The notes beneath the pieces are model-generated. The model was given only the letters and a program-made list of their open reading frames with translations, did no database searches and was not told the origin of the DNA. Source: Candidatus Bathyarchaeota archaeon (lineage in GTDB: Archaea > Thermoproteota > Bathyarchaeia > TCS64). Taken from it: a stretch of DNA of 64,000 nt. The position numbers and the translations under genes are program-made. Each line of letters starts with the position of its first letter. Positions within the stretch are counted from its first letter, which is position 1. Positions 36,249 to 45,699 of this stretch are shown in pieces. The DNA is taken from assembly GCA_043826455.1 (NCBI GenBank), contig JBDRQD010000048.1, positions 32,001-96,000 of the forward strand, read 5' to 3'.

Positions 36249-38045
36249 CTACTGCAGCTTCTCCAGGGTCCCCCGGATGAGCTTGTTGGCCTGGTGGAAC
36301 CCCTCCTCCACGGCGTTCCTCTGCCGCAGCAGGTGGTTCCGCAGCAGCTTGAACTCGTGGCTCTGGTGGAGGGTCATGTTAGCCAGGTCCACGATGCCGA
36401 CGATCCTGGGGAACGGGGTGGCGCCGAAGGTCTCCATGGTCATCTGTTCGCTGGGCCCGGCGTTGCTGTGGGCCACGGGGTTGATGTGCCTGCTGACCCA
36501 CATGAGGCTGTAGTTGAGTTGCGAGAGCTCCTCGTCGCTCAGTTTCTCAGCTTTCGACTGGACGGCCTTCTCCAGGGCTACGGCCTGTTCCTTGAACTCC
36601 TCGGCCTCCTCGATGACGGGGTGCAGGTTGAAGTAGCCCACGATCTTGTCGGACTTTTTCTGGAGGTCCACCAGGATGTTGTACAGCTTCACGGAGTAGT
36701 GGGTGAAGTCAAGGGGCAGAACGGGGCTGTTCACCATCCTCACTACGAAGTTGAGCTCCGCCCGGACATCCAGCTCCAGGATGTTCACGTCGCCGTGCTC
36801 CATGGTCTCGTAGGGCGTGTGCCACCACCAGCCGCCGCCGCTGTAGTTCACGTGCGGGTCGTAGAGCTCCTTGGGCCTGCTGGTGATGATGCTCACATGG
36901 GGCATCCCCGTGCCCCAGAAGCTGCCGTCCCCGGCCCTGGTCGCCCACCTGTAGCTCTCCACGCCCTTACCCGTGACGGCCTTTACGCTGTCCAAGGCGG
37001 CGTCCATGACCTCCGTGATCTGGATGTCCCTGAACTCGGTGGCCCCCTCCACCCCAGGGCTGTCGATGTTGTAGCTGCAGAAGCAGTGGTGCCTAAGCTT
37101 CATCCACATGGCGTCGTTGTACCAGGTGCTGCCAGCGTAGCGGCCTATCTCGTGGCCCGCCCAGAAGGCGAAGCGCACGCTCCTGCGCAGCTTGCCCTTG
37201 TGCTTGTTGAGGAGCCGGGCTATCTCCAGGACCGCCGTGTCGCCGGAGAGGTTGTCTACGGCGCCTGGGCTGAAGGGGGGTGTGTCCACGTGGGCGTTCA
37301 CCAGCATGAACTTGTCGGGCTCCACTGCGCCCCTGATCTCGGCCTCCAGTACGGGCAGCTTCTTCCAGCCCGTGTCCATGACGCTGACTATGTGGGCTTT
37401 GACTCCGCCCTGCCTGACCAGCTTCTTCAGGGCCTGTCCGTCCCTGTTGCTGACGTGGAGGATGGCGGGGATGGTCTGTATGTCCTTGATGTTCTCCGGG
37501 GTGGGGTTGCCGCTGACGCTGAAGTCGGCCCTCTGGTGAACCACCGTGGGCATGTAGTCGTCCTGCTCTATGACTACGAGGCCCCGGACGCCCATGTTCT
37601 GCAGCCGCAGCAGGAAACCGGCCCTGAGCCCCATCCAGTCGCCGCTGGTCCTCTGCTCGCACAGAACCACCTTGCCTCGGCAGTCGGCGTACCCTATCTC
37701 CTCCGGCGGCACGTAGATGACCTCGGCCTCGAAGCCCTCTGGGGTGGTGGTGCCCACCTGCCTGTAGGGGGTGCACTGGACCTCCATCTCCACGGGGTAG
37801 GTGATCCTGAGGCGGCTATACTTGGGGTCGCTGATGTAGGCCTCGAACATGTGGAGCCTGGGCTCCAGACCGTACTCCTCCAGCCTCTCCCTGAGGAACC
37901 CTATGGTCAGCATCTCCTCCGGGCTTCCGCTGTGAATGGGCGTGAAGGTGTTCAACGTGTCCCAGTTGGCCTGCATCCGCTTCTTATCGATGCCCTTCTC
38001 CAGGTCGGCTAACAGCTTCCTGGTCTCTTCTGTGAGAATGATCAT
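36249..38045 (-). CDS. M28-family peptidase with PA domain
   Basis: AHVD, GAVDNLSG, WAGHEIGRYAGS, NIDSPG, WWWHT. Confidence 0.85.
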   Translation of the reverse strand: MIILTEETRKLLADLEKGIDKKRMQANWDTLNTFTPIHSGSPEEMLTIGFLRERLEEYGLEPRLHMFEAYISDPKYSRLRITYPVEMEVQCTPYRQVGTTTPEGFEAEVIYVPPEEIGYADCRGKVVLCEQRTSGDWMGLRAGFLLRLQNMGVRGLVVIEQDDYMPTVVHQRADFSVSGNPTPENIKDIQTIPAILHVSNRDGQALKKLVRQGGVKAHIVSVMDTGWKKLPVLEAEIRGAVEPDKFMLVNAHVDTPPFSPGAVDNLSGDTAVLEIARLLNKHKGKLRRSVRFAFWAGHEIGRYAGSTWYNDAMWMKLRHHCFCSYNIDSPGVEGATEFRDIQITEVMDAALDSVKAVTGKGVESYRWATRAGDGSFWGTGMPHVSIITSRPKELYDPHVNYSGGGWWWHTPYETMEHGDVNILELDVRAELNFVVRMVNSPVLPLDFTHYSVKLYNILVDLQKKSDKIVGYFNLHPVIEEAEEFKEQAVALEKAVQSKAEKLSDEELSQLNYSLMWVSRHINPVAHSNAGPSEQMTMETFGATPFPRIVGIVDLANMTLHQSHEFKLLRNHLLRQRNAVEEGFHQANKLIRGTLEKLQ

Positions 38046-38198
38046 AAGTTATCACTGATATCGCGGAAACTGAGCCTTTAACACTTGCTGAGGCGGGTGA
38101 GTCGGTCATAAAATGACTGCTGCGTGGAAGAATGTGAAATTTTTTCGGGTTGCATTTAACTAAATTTTGGTACTTGCACACGTTTTTATTGTGTGGGG

Positions 38199-38277
38199 TG
38201 GTGGGACCGCCCGGATTTGAACCGGGGACCACGCGGTCCCGAACCGCGTATCTTAGACCAAGCTTGACCACGGTCCC
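38199..38277 (-). tRNA. tRNA-Pro(CGG), CCA encoded, no intron
   Basis: GGGACCG...CGCGG TTCGGGA CCGCG...GGTTCAAATCC...CGGTCCC A CCA. Confidence 0.95.
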
Positions 38278-38362
38278 AGCAGGATACTCACCAAGGCTGA
38301 GGGGCTTAAAAAAGGTTCTGAGGCTGGCAACGGTTTATCATCCACGGTTCACTTACCTTAAC

Positions 38363-38609
38363 ATGACACTGACTCTCTGCCACCCGTTTGGCGTCCTGGA
38401 CGCCGCCATGATGGGCACAGGATGGATGGGCTTGCATGTGGTTCTGGTTTCTAGTGTTGGCTGGTCTAAGCTACGTGGCCTACACGTGGTTCAGGCCTAG
38501 AAGGCGCATTGTGAGGGACGACCCACTGGAGACCGCCCGCCTAAGGCTCGCCCGGGGCGAGATCACTGCAGAGGAGTACGAAGAGATAGTGAGGAGGCTG
38601 AAGCGGTGA
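38363..38609 (+). pseudogene. SHOCT-domain membrane protein, apparently frameshifted near 38434 (or a 57-aa CDS from 38436)
   Basis: MMGTGWMG in one frame; MWFWFLVLAG...DPLETARLRLARGEITAEEYEE in the +1 frame. Confidence 0.6.
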
Positions 38610-39193
38610 AAGGAAGCCAGTACTTCGTCGCCGCGGCCCTCATACTGCTTGGAGTCCTCGCAGGAGCCCTCATCATGGGAGTACTACCCGGGAGAGGGCT
38701 GAACATCGACGCCGCCATGAAGGTGGCGGAGAGGTATAGAGACGGCTTCGGGGACCCGGACATAGAGATAGACGAGGTGATGGAGTTCGAGTACAACTTC
38801 TATGTGATCTACTACGAGAAGTCCACAGGCGTCGGCGCCTTCGAGATGCTTATAGACAAGTCCACGGGGCGCATATACCCCGAGTACGGGCCCAACATGA
38901 TGTGGAACACAAAGTACGGCCACGGCGGGATGATGGGCCCAGGCCACATGGGCGGAGGCACCGGCCCGACCACCGTAGACGAGGCGCAGGCCCTATCCAT
39001 AGCCCAGGAGTGGCTGGACAGAGTCTACCCGGGCTCAGAGGCCGAAGAATCCCACCCCTTCTACGGGTACTACACCATACACACCATGAGGAACGGCAAG
39101 GTGACCGGTATGCTGAGCGTCAACCAGTACACGGGCGCCGTCTGGTACCACAACTGGCACGGGGCCTACATAATAAGCCTGGAAGCCCACTAG
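38606..39193 (+). CDS. Secreted PepSY-like repeat protein with Met/Gly/His-rich linker
   Basis: Signal/TM segment, PEYGPNMMWNTKYG, GMLSVNQYTGAVWYHNWHG. Confidence 0.7.
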   Translation: MKGSQYFVAAALILLGVLAGALIMGVLPGRGLNIDAAMKVAERYRDGFGDPDIEIDEVMEFEYNFYVIYYEKSTGVGAFEMLIDKSTGRIYPEYGPNMMWNTKYGHGGMMGPGHMGGGTGPTTVDEAQALSIAQEWLDRVYPGSEAEESHPFYGYYTIHTMRNGKVTGMLSVNQYTGAVWYHNWHGAYIISLEAH

Positions 39194-39272
39194 TCCCCGC
39201 TCTTCCTGAGCAGACGATAGCCGACTACGGCCCAACAGCCAGATACGCGCACATTTTTTCATATGACAGGGG

Positions 39273-40325
39273 TTAGGCCTCTGTAACAGCCTCCCTCACC
39301 GTCATGTTGAGGACGACCTCGGCTATGTCTGCGCCGTACTCGGCTGTGCGCAGGATGCTCTCCACAATGAGCCTGAGGGCGGGAACCTCCTCGGGGGGCG
39401 CGTGCTTCACTATCTGGTGGATGACCTCCGCCTCCATGCCTCTGGCCTGCTGGGCCTTCTCCAGGACCCTGTCGGCCTCCATGTAGTCCTCATCGAAGAC
39501 GGCCTCCATGCTGGTCTCAAAGACCTCTAGGGCTATGGCGCTGAGCTTCTGGAGCTCCTGCAGGATCTCCGGGTCCGGGGTGCTTAGGGTGAGCTCCAGC
39601 CTGTTCTGGGCTATGTTGACGGCGTGGTCAGCCATGCGCTCAACGCTCTTGGTGATGAGCCGGTAGCCTAGGCACTCCCGCTGGGACCTGAGGCCGCTCT
39701 CCTTGAGTATGTAGCTGTCCGAGACGGCCACCTTCAGGAGCCTTATGATGTAGAGGTTGAACCTGTCCACCTCGTCGTCCATGGACACTATCTCCCGGGC
39801 CAGGTGGGTGTCCTCGGTGCCCAGGGCGGTGATGCTGTCCCTGTGCATGGAGGCCGCTATGACGCTCATCCTGCGCAGCGCGTCCTTCACGGAGAGCTCC
39901 GAGTAGCTGAGGAGCACCTGGAGGGTGAGCTCCTGGGGAAGGTCGGAGAGGATCTCGGTGCCCACCAGCTTCTTCCGGGTGAAGTCCTTGACGGCGAACC
40001 TCTGACCGCTGTCTAACCGTTTCTGGCTGCTGCGAAGCTGGATGATGTTGTACCCCATGAGGTAGGCCGAGACTACGCGTCTGACGATGCTCTCAGGCTT
40101 GTCCTCGGGTTTAGGATTTATGACCGCCTTCTTAGTACCCATGGTGGTCTCAGCTCCCTGGGGCTGAAGCCACAGGGTCATGTCGTCCTTCTGGGATATG
40201 CGGATGATGCTTCCCTTCTGCAGCCCCATCTGCTCCACCCAGTTCTTGGGGAGGGATACTATGTAGGTGGAGCCGCCCGTAACCTGTATCTTACGCAGCT
40301 CCTCCGGATCTGAACCTTTTGACAT
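39273..40325 (-). CDS. phoU: Phosphate uptake regulator, AbrB-like DNA-binding domain plus PhoU
   Basis: RKIQVTGGSTYIVSLPKNW; DDEVDR; ERMADHA; RTAEYGADIAE. Confidence 0.9.
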   Translation of the reverse strand: MSKGSDPEELRKIQVTGGSTYIVSLPKNWVEQMGLQKGSIIRISQKDDMTLWLQPQGAETTMGTKKAVINPKPEDKPESIVRRVVSAYLMGYNIIQLRSSQKRLDSGQRFAVKDFTRKKLVGTEILSDLPQELTLQVLLSYSELSVKDALRRMSVIAASMHRDSITALGTEDTHLAREIVSMDDEVDRFNLYIIRLLKVAVSDSYILKESGLRSQRECLGYRLITKSVERMADHAVNIAQNRLELTLSTPDPEILQELQKLSAIALEVFETSMEAVFDEDYMEADRVLEKAQQARGMEAEVIHQIVKHAPPEEVPALRLIVESILRTAEYGADIAEVVLNMTVREAVTEA

Positions 40326-40509
40326 GTATTTTTACCAGTCTATGGATCTGTGACGTGTCTAAAATACATATATGTTCTATTTATATGCGCCATATAAAAC
40401 ATAGAAAAATATATTGAGTTATTTAGCTATAATTATTTACACCGTCTATATATATTATAGGAGTGATCTATTTATCCCGTCGAGGGGTCGTAGCCCCATA
40501 AGACAGAAA
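40326..40509. promoter_or_regulatory. AT-rich divergent phoU/pst control region
   Basis: Imperfect palindrome TTCTAT-TTATATG-CGC-CATATAA-AAC-ATAGAA (40375-40406) and recurring CTAT/ATAG. Confidence 0.5.
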
Positions 40510-41382
40510 ATGAGTAACAGGCTCAAGGCCGCGGGGATAATAGCGTTCCTAGTAATCTCGGCGGGCGCCTACAACAGGTGGGCCACAGAGCAGAACGCCA
40601 GCGGCGGGTTGACGGGCACCATTGAGATCGATGGCTCAAGCACCGTGTTCCCCATAACCCAGGCAGTGGCCGAGGAGTTCCAGAAGGTGTACCCGTCCAT
40701 AAGGGTCAACGTGGGGGTCTCCGGAACCGGGGGAGGCTTCAAGAGGTTCACTGCCGGGGAGACGGATATCAACGACGCCTCACGGCCAATAAAGGGGAGT
40801 GAGGAGGAGCGGGCGGCCCAGAACGGAGTCCAGTACTTGGAGCTCAGGGTGGCCCTCGACGGCATTGCAGTGGTGGTCAGCACGAGCAACACCATCCAGA
40901 TCATGGCCGAGGAGGTGGAGGACCGGGCCACCGAGCTCATTGCCCTTCACCAGCCCATGGCCGGCGACCTCCGCACACTGAAGGCTTACATCAAGATCGC
41001 CTACGATCTGGAGAGGTACGGCAGGTACGCCATGTTTGTAAGCGAGATACAGTACCGCCTGGGCGTCTGGAAGCCCCTGGAGGACGAGGCCCTCAGTGTG
41101 AAGGAGCTGTCGGACAAGACCCTCCAAGTCATAGATATGAGCCTAGCAATGATCGAGACCTTGGATGAGAAGATGATCTTCGACCTAAGCAAGGTGGAAA
41201 CCGAGACCGATGAGCTGTACTTCGAGAACATGAGGCTCTTCAGCGAGTGCAAGGGTGACCCCAAGACTGTGGTGGCCTACCTGCTCACCATCCGGTACCT
41301 GGAGCGCATCGCTGACCACGGGAGCTACATAGCGGAGAGCATCAGCTACGCCGCCACGGGCAAGAGGATAAGCATAAGGTAG
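40510..41382 (+). pseudogene. In-frame chimera of PstS N-terminus and PhoU C-terminus
   Basis: [28 protein letters not shown], then abruptly [13 protein letters not shown]...DLERYGRYA...LERIADH. Confidence 0.85.
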
Positions 41383-41429
41383 CCGAAGCAAAGGTAAGGG
41401 GTATAAGCTGCGGTTCACATGCATCTGCG

Positions 41430-41891
41430 ATGTATAAAGTCGCTGAACTCCGCAAACGATCCGAGGCCATCCTAGAGTACCTGGAGAAGTCCAAGGACAA
41501 GACGGACAGGTTCATGGAGCGTTTCCACGGCTACAAGCTGGACCACGAGACAGCGGACAAGATTAAAGGACACGCCGAAGAAGCCTTGGTCATCGTGTTC
41601 TCCGCGGAGTGGTGCCCCGACTGCTACAGGAACGTGCCGGTTCTGGGCCTCATCCATGAGGCCACCGGCCTGGAGGTGAGGGTCTTCGGCCACATGATGA
41701 GGGACTCTAAGAGCAGCACCAGGAAGTGGGCTGTGCCCCCCAGCCCCTCGGAGGTGGACGAGTTCAACGTCGCTAAGATACCCTACGTCGTGGTCCTGAG
41801 CCGGAAGGGGGAGAAGCTTGGGGAGATCGTGGAGAACCCGCCCCAGGGTAAGACTATGGAGCAGGCCCTCCTCGACATCTTGGAGCCCTAG
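41430..41891 (+). CDS. Thioredoxin-family protein
   Basis: WCPDC and cis-Pro KIP motifs. Confidence 0.85.
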   Translation: MYKVAELRKRSEAILEYLEKSKDKTDRFMERFHGYKLDHETADKIKGHAEEALVIVFSAEWCPDCYRNVPVLGLIHEATGLEVRVFGHMMRDSKSSTRKWAVPPSPSEVDEFNVAKIPYVVVLSRKGEKLGEIVENPPQGKTMEQALLDILEP

Positions 41892-42384
41892 TTACTTTTT
41901 ATTGATGATTGTGATTATCTTCTTTTTCGGTGCCTCGGTCGTCGACTTAATTGTGGGCTGGTGTCCCGTCTATTAATGAAAGTAATCGCCATTAGTTGAT
42001 ACCCCCTTACCTTTTTTCACATCAGGCTCTCCATCACGCCTTGCTTTATGTGTTGAATGGGCCGCGTTTTTGTATGGAATGGATAGCGTTTTTGCGTAGA
42101 TTGGGATCGAAAAGGCGGGTTTCCTGGCCTCCTTTTGGGGTGGGGCGGCTGTTTCCGGTTTTTCTTGCTCTACCCCCCTCCCCCCTCACCGTGGCTCCGG
42201 TGCTGGCGTGGTGGGCGTATCGTTCGCTTGGTGCTTATACCGTCCTAGAGGGTATAAGGCGGAAAAAAAGTCCATCTTTTATTACATGCTTACCCTCGGT
42301 GAGATGTTTCCTCATGTTAAGCTGAAGAGTCTCAGAAAACACGGTAAATCGAAAACCTCTATTAACGTACCACCCCTTTGAGGT

Positions 42385-42951
42385 GTGGTGACAGCCTTGA
42401 AGCCCGGCACCATCCATAATAGGTTCACAGCCAGAGACGGCAGAGAAGTCATCCTCCGGACTCCAAAATGGGACGACCTAGACGACATGCTGGATTTCAT
42501 CAACAGCCTCGTCGAGGAGGAGGTCATGATCACCGTCAACCAGAAGCAGACCCGAGAATCAGAGATAGACTGGCTCGCACGCAAACTCACAAACCTGGAG
42601 AAGGACAAGATCATCAACGTGGTCGCCGAAGTGGAGGGAAGAATGGTGGGCAGCTGCGAGGTGGAGCCCAGACCCGGGAGGTTCAGCCACGTGGGCATCC
42701 TAGGCATCTCCGTGAAGCAGGGCTACAGGGAGGTGGGAATAGGCCAAGAACTCATGAAGGAAGTCGAGAGGCAAGCCGCCCAGATGGGCCTCGAGAGCAT
42801 CATACTGGAGGTGTTCGACACCAACGACCGAGCCGTACACGTCTACCAGAAGATGGGGTACACAAGAATCGGGGCCATCCCTGACGGCATAAAGTACAAG
42901 GGAGAGTACGTGGACAGCGTCTACATGGTCAAAAAACTTTGCTCATCATAG
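42385..42951 (+). CDS. GNAT acetyltransferase
   Basis: YREVGIG, NDRAVHVYQKMGY. Confidence 0.9.
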   Translation: MVTALKPGTIHNRFTARDGREVILRTPKWDDLDDMLDFINSLVEEEVMITVNQKQTRESEIDWLARKLTNLEKDKIINVVAEVEGRMVGSCEVEPRPGRFSHVGILGISVKQGYREVGIGQELMKEVERQAAQMGLESIILEVFDTNDRAVHVYQKMGYTRIGAIPDGIKYKGEYVDSVYMVKKLCSS

Positions 42952-42984
42952 TTATCAACGTGGAGTCCAATACATGGAACGCGG

Positions 42985-43527
42985 GTGAATACCGTGTTCA
43001 AGGCTTTCTCGTCTAAAGGCGGTGCAGATGTGATTCTCAGACCGTTGAAGTGGAGAGACCTAGACGATATATTGGAGCTCATCAACGAGCTCATCGAGGA
43101 GGAGGCCATGATCGGCGACGATAAACCCACGACAAGAGACCAGCAGGTGGACCGCCACGCGGACAGGATGAAAGCCATCGAAAGCGGCCGATCCGTTGTC
43201 ATCACCGCTGAGGCCGACGGCAAGGCGGTGGGGATGGCCAACGCCAGGAAAAGAGGGGGCCGTCTAAGCCACACGGCAGGACTCGGCGTCTTCGTCCGGA
43301 GAACGCATAGGAACCAAGGCATCGGCTCAGAGATGATGAGGGAGCTTGAAGCCCAGACCAAGAACATGGGCGTCGAGATACTCTACCTAGAAGTCTACTC
43401 CATAAGCCCGGCCGTCGAACTCTACAAGAGGCTAGGATACACTGAGTACGGCAAGCTACCGGGCGGCATCAAGTACCGCGGAGAGTACGTGGACATGATC
43501 TCCATGTACAAGCGGATAGCCGGGTAA
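42985..43527 (+). CDS. GNAT acetyltransferase (tandem paralog)
   Basis: HRNQGIG, LYKRLGY; shares the GIKY.GEYVD tail with the upstream gene. Confidence 0.9.
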   Translation: MNTVFKAFSSKGGADVILRPLKWRDLDDILELINELIEEEAMIGDDKPTTRDQQVDRHADRMKAIESGRSVVITAEADGKAVGMANARKRGGRLSHTAGLGVFVRRTHRNQGIGSEMMRELEAQTKNMGVEILYLEVYSISPAVELYKRLGYTEYGKLPGGIKYRGEYVDMISMYKRIAG

Positions 43528-43566
43528 CGGATACCTTTTTAAAAGCCTCAGCCACAATTCATACTC

Positions 43567-43705
43567 GGAGACAAGGGAATGAGTGTGCATCACTCGGACT
43601 GGACAGACTCCTCCTAGCGGAGGAAGCCATTTCTAAAAGCCACCCTAGTCCCGACCAAGCCAACGACCCAGCGGCAACGCTGCGCGTGAAAGGAGAAAAC
43701 AAGGG
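43567..43705 (+). promoter_or_regulatory. Structured 5' leader of trpS containing a uORF
   Basis: TATA TTTAAAAG 43538-45; hairpins 43580-96, 43610-23 and 43669-82 (GCAA loop); SD AGGAG 43691-95. Confidence 0.6.
43579..43617 (+). CDS. Putative trpS leader peptide MSVHHSDWTDSS
   Basis: ATG...TGG (codon 8)...TAG, preceded by GGAGACAAGGGA. Confidence 0.45.
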   Translation: MSVHHSDWTDSS

Positions 43706-44842
43706 ATGACGAACCAGAACAAACAGGAGATGGTGGTGACGCCCTGGGAGGTCAGCGGCGACATCGACTACGGAAAGCTCATGGAGCAGTTCGGAGTCCA
43801 GCCCATGACCACGGACCTGGCGGAGCGCATCGCTAAGCACGCCGGAGGCATGCACCTGCAGCTACGGCGAGGAGTATACATAAGTCACAGGGACCTAGAC
43901 TGGTGGCTGGGGGAGTACGAGAAAGGCAACAGGGTGGGCCTCTACACGGGCCGCGGACCCAGCGGCCACGTCCACCTGGGCCACCTGCTGCCCTGGTTCT
44001 TCTGCAAGTACCTCCAGGACGCCTTCGGCGCCGACCTGTACTTCCAGATGACGGACGACGAAAAGTTCCTCCACCGGGAGGACCTGACGCTGGAGGAGGC
44101 CATCCGGCTGACCTACGACAACTCCCTGGACGTCATAGCATGCGGCCTTGACCCGGAGAAGACGCACATAATAAGCGACTCGGACCACATCAGCCACATC
44201 TACAAGCTAGGCCTCAAGGTGGCCAAGAGGATCACCTTCAGCACAGTGAAGGCCGTGTTCGGGTTCAACAACAGCGACAACATCGGAGTCATCTGGCACC
44301 CCGCCCTCCAGGCCATGGTGAGCTTCCTCCAATCATACAGAGAAGGACAAAACATACCGTGCCTCATACCGGCGGCCATCGACCAGGACCCCTACTGGAG
44401 GATGACCAGGGACATAGCCGAGAAGATGGGCTACTACAAGCCGGCCCAGATCCACGCCAAGTTCCTGCCAGGCCTCGCCGAAGGGGGTAAGATGAGCGCC
44501 AGCCAGCCGGAGACCGCCATATTCACCACTGACCCGCCCAAGGTAGCGGCCAAGAAGGTGATGAGCGCCTTCACAGGCGGCAGGGACACCGTGGAGGAGC
44601 AGAGACGCCTCGGCGGAAGGCCGGAGAAATGCAACGTCTACGCCTACTACTATTTCCTCTTCGAGGACGACGACGAGAAGCTGGTAGACCGGGAGATGAT
44701 GTGCAAGAACGGTTCCATCCTCTGCGGCGAGTGCAAGAAGCAGCTTGCCGACAGGGTGAAGACCTTCCTCACGGACTTCCAGGCGAAGCGGGAGAAGGCC
44801 AAGGACGTGCTGGAGGACTTCCTCCTCAAACCCGTGAAATAG
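43706..44842 (+). CDS. trpS: Tryptophan--tRNA ligase (archaeal/eukaryotic type)
   Basis: VTPWEV, YTGRGPS, HLGH, TDDEKFL, AIDQDPY, KMSAS. Confidence 0.97.
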   Translation: MTNQNKQEMVVTPWEVSGDIDYGKLMEQFGVQPMTTDLAERIAKHAGGMHLQLRRGVYISHRDLDWWLGEYEKGNRVGLYTGRGPSGHVHLGHLLPWFFCKYLQDAFGADLYFQMTDDEKFLHREDLTLEEAIRLTYDNSLDVIACGLDPEKTHIISDSDHISHIYKLGLKVAKRITFSTVKAVFGFNNSDNIGVIWHPALQAMVSFLQSYREGQNIPCLIPAAIDQDPYWRMTRDIAEKMGYYKPAQIHAKFLPGLAEGGKMSASQPETAIFTTDPPKVAAKKVMSAFTGGRDTVEEQRRLGGRPEKCNVYAYYYFLFEDDDEKLVDREMMCKNGSILCGECKKQLADRVKTFLTDFQAKREKAKDVLEDFLLKPVK

Positions 44843-45184
44843 CTACCCCACTGAAGCTCTGAGGACCCTCCTCAGGGCGTCGTAAGGAAACTCGTCTTTC
44901 TCATTGAACCTGACGCAGCTCACCCCGTGGCTCAGACCTGGGAAGTTGTCTGCGATCCTTTTCCTCTGCTCGTCGTCGAAGAGGTATACGCTGATGTAGT
45001 GCTTCTGGCTGGCGAAGGCCACCACGTTTTCTTCGAGCATGTAGGTGGGCATGCCGTGTTCCATTGTCTCCGCCGCCCCATGCAACTCCTCCATTATGAT
45101 TTCTCGCAGCTTCCTCAGAGTGCCGCGCCTGGCCTCGGGGGCCTTGGAGCTGTACTCCTCGACGCCGTCAGCATCGATTTTCAT
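44843..45184 (-). CDS. DUF1801/YdhG-like protein
   Basis: LREII...ETMEHGMPTY...FASQKHYISVY...CVRF. Confidence 0.75.
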   Translation of the reverse strand: MKIDADGVEEYSSKAPEARRGTLRKLREIIMEELHGAAETMEHGMPTYMLEENVVAFASQKHYISVYLFDDEQRKRIADNFPGLSHGVSCVRFNEKDEFPYDALRRVLRASVG

Positions 45185-45284
45185 GGCAAATATATCGGCT
45201 ACTGTGTTTTATTGGTTTTCAGTTTCAGACCTAGGCCGGGCCAGGGGGAGAGACGTTAACTGTGGCACAGCCCCATAATTGTCC

Positions 45285-45629
45285 ATGAGCGTCGTGAAGG
45301 ATATGGGCCAGATAGAGGCGAGGCCCCACCCCTTCCTAAGAGGTATAACCATGAGGGTCCTGTACTCAAGGGAGGGTGACGGCGGGGACGCCACCTGCTT
45401 CACAGTAACCTGCCCGGTGGGCTCAGAGATCGAGGAGCACGTCCACCCCAGCGAGACGGATATGATCTATGTGCTCAGGGGCAGGGCCACCATGTGGATC
45501 GAGGACCGGGGCGAGGTGGTGCTAGAGCCGGGTGTCTTCGTGGCCGTCCCCAGGGGTCTGAGGCACCGAACCTACGACGTGGAAGAAGAGCTCCACATCT
45601 ACGACGTATTCACCCCACCCATGTTCTAA
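45285..45629 (+). CDS. Cupin domain protein
   Basis: HVHPSETD and PRGLRH motifs. Confidence 0.85.
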   Translation: MSVVKDMGQIEARPHPFLRGITMRVLYSREGDGGDATCFTVTCPVGSEIEEHVHPSETDMIYVLRGRATMWIEDRGEVVLEPGVFVAVPRGLRHRTYDVEEELHIYDVFTPPMF

Positions 45630-45699
45630 TATTATAGAATTCCCAGTAGCTGGATCACACCCTTCGAGAAAGATTAAAGCAACCAGAGACAAAATATCC

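Noticed and set aside
36174..38012. 612-aa plus-strand ORF and many other long alternative-frame ORFs
   Set aside because: Antisense or frame shadows of real genes in high-GC DNA, with no family motifs.
38199..39272. Integrated element at tRNA-Pro
   Set aside because: No integrase or duplicated tRNA end was seen.
43567..43705. Canonical T-box riboswitch upstream of trpS or cysS
   Set aside because: No GGTGGNACCGCG T-box sequence, long stem I or terminator; kept only as a uORF-leader hypothesis.
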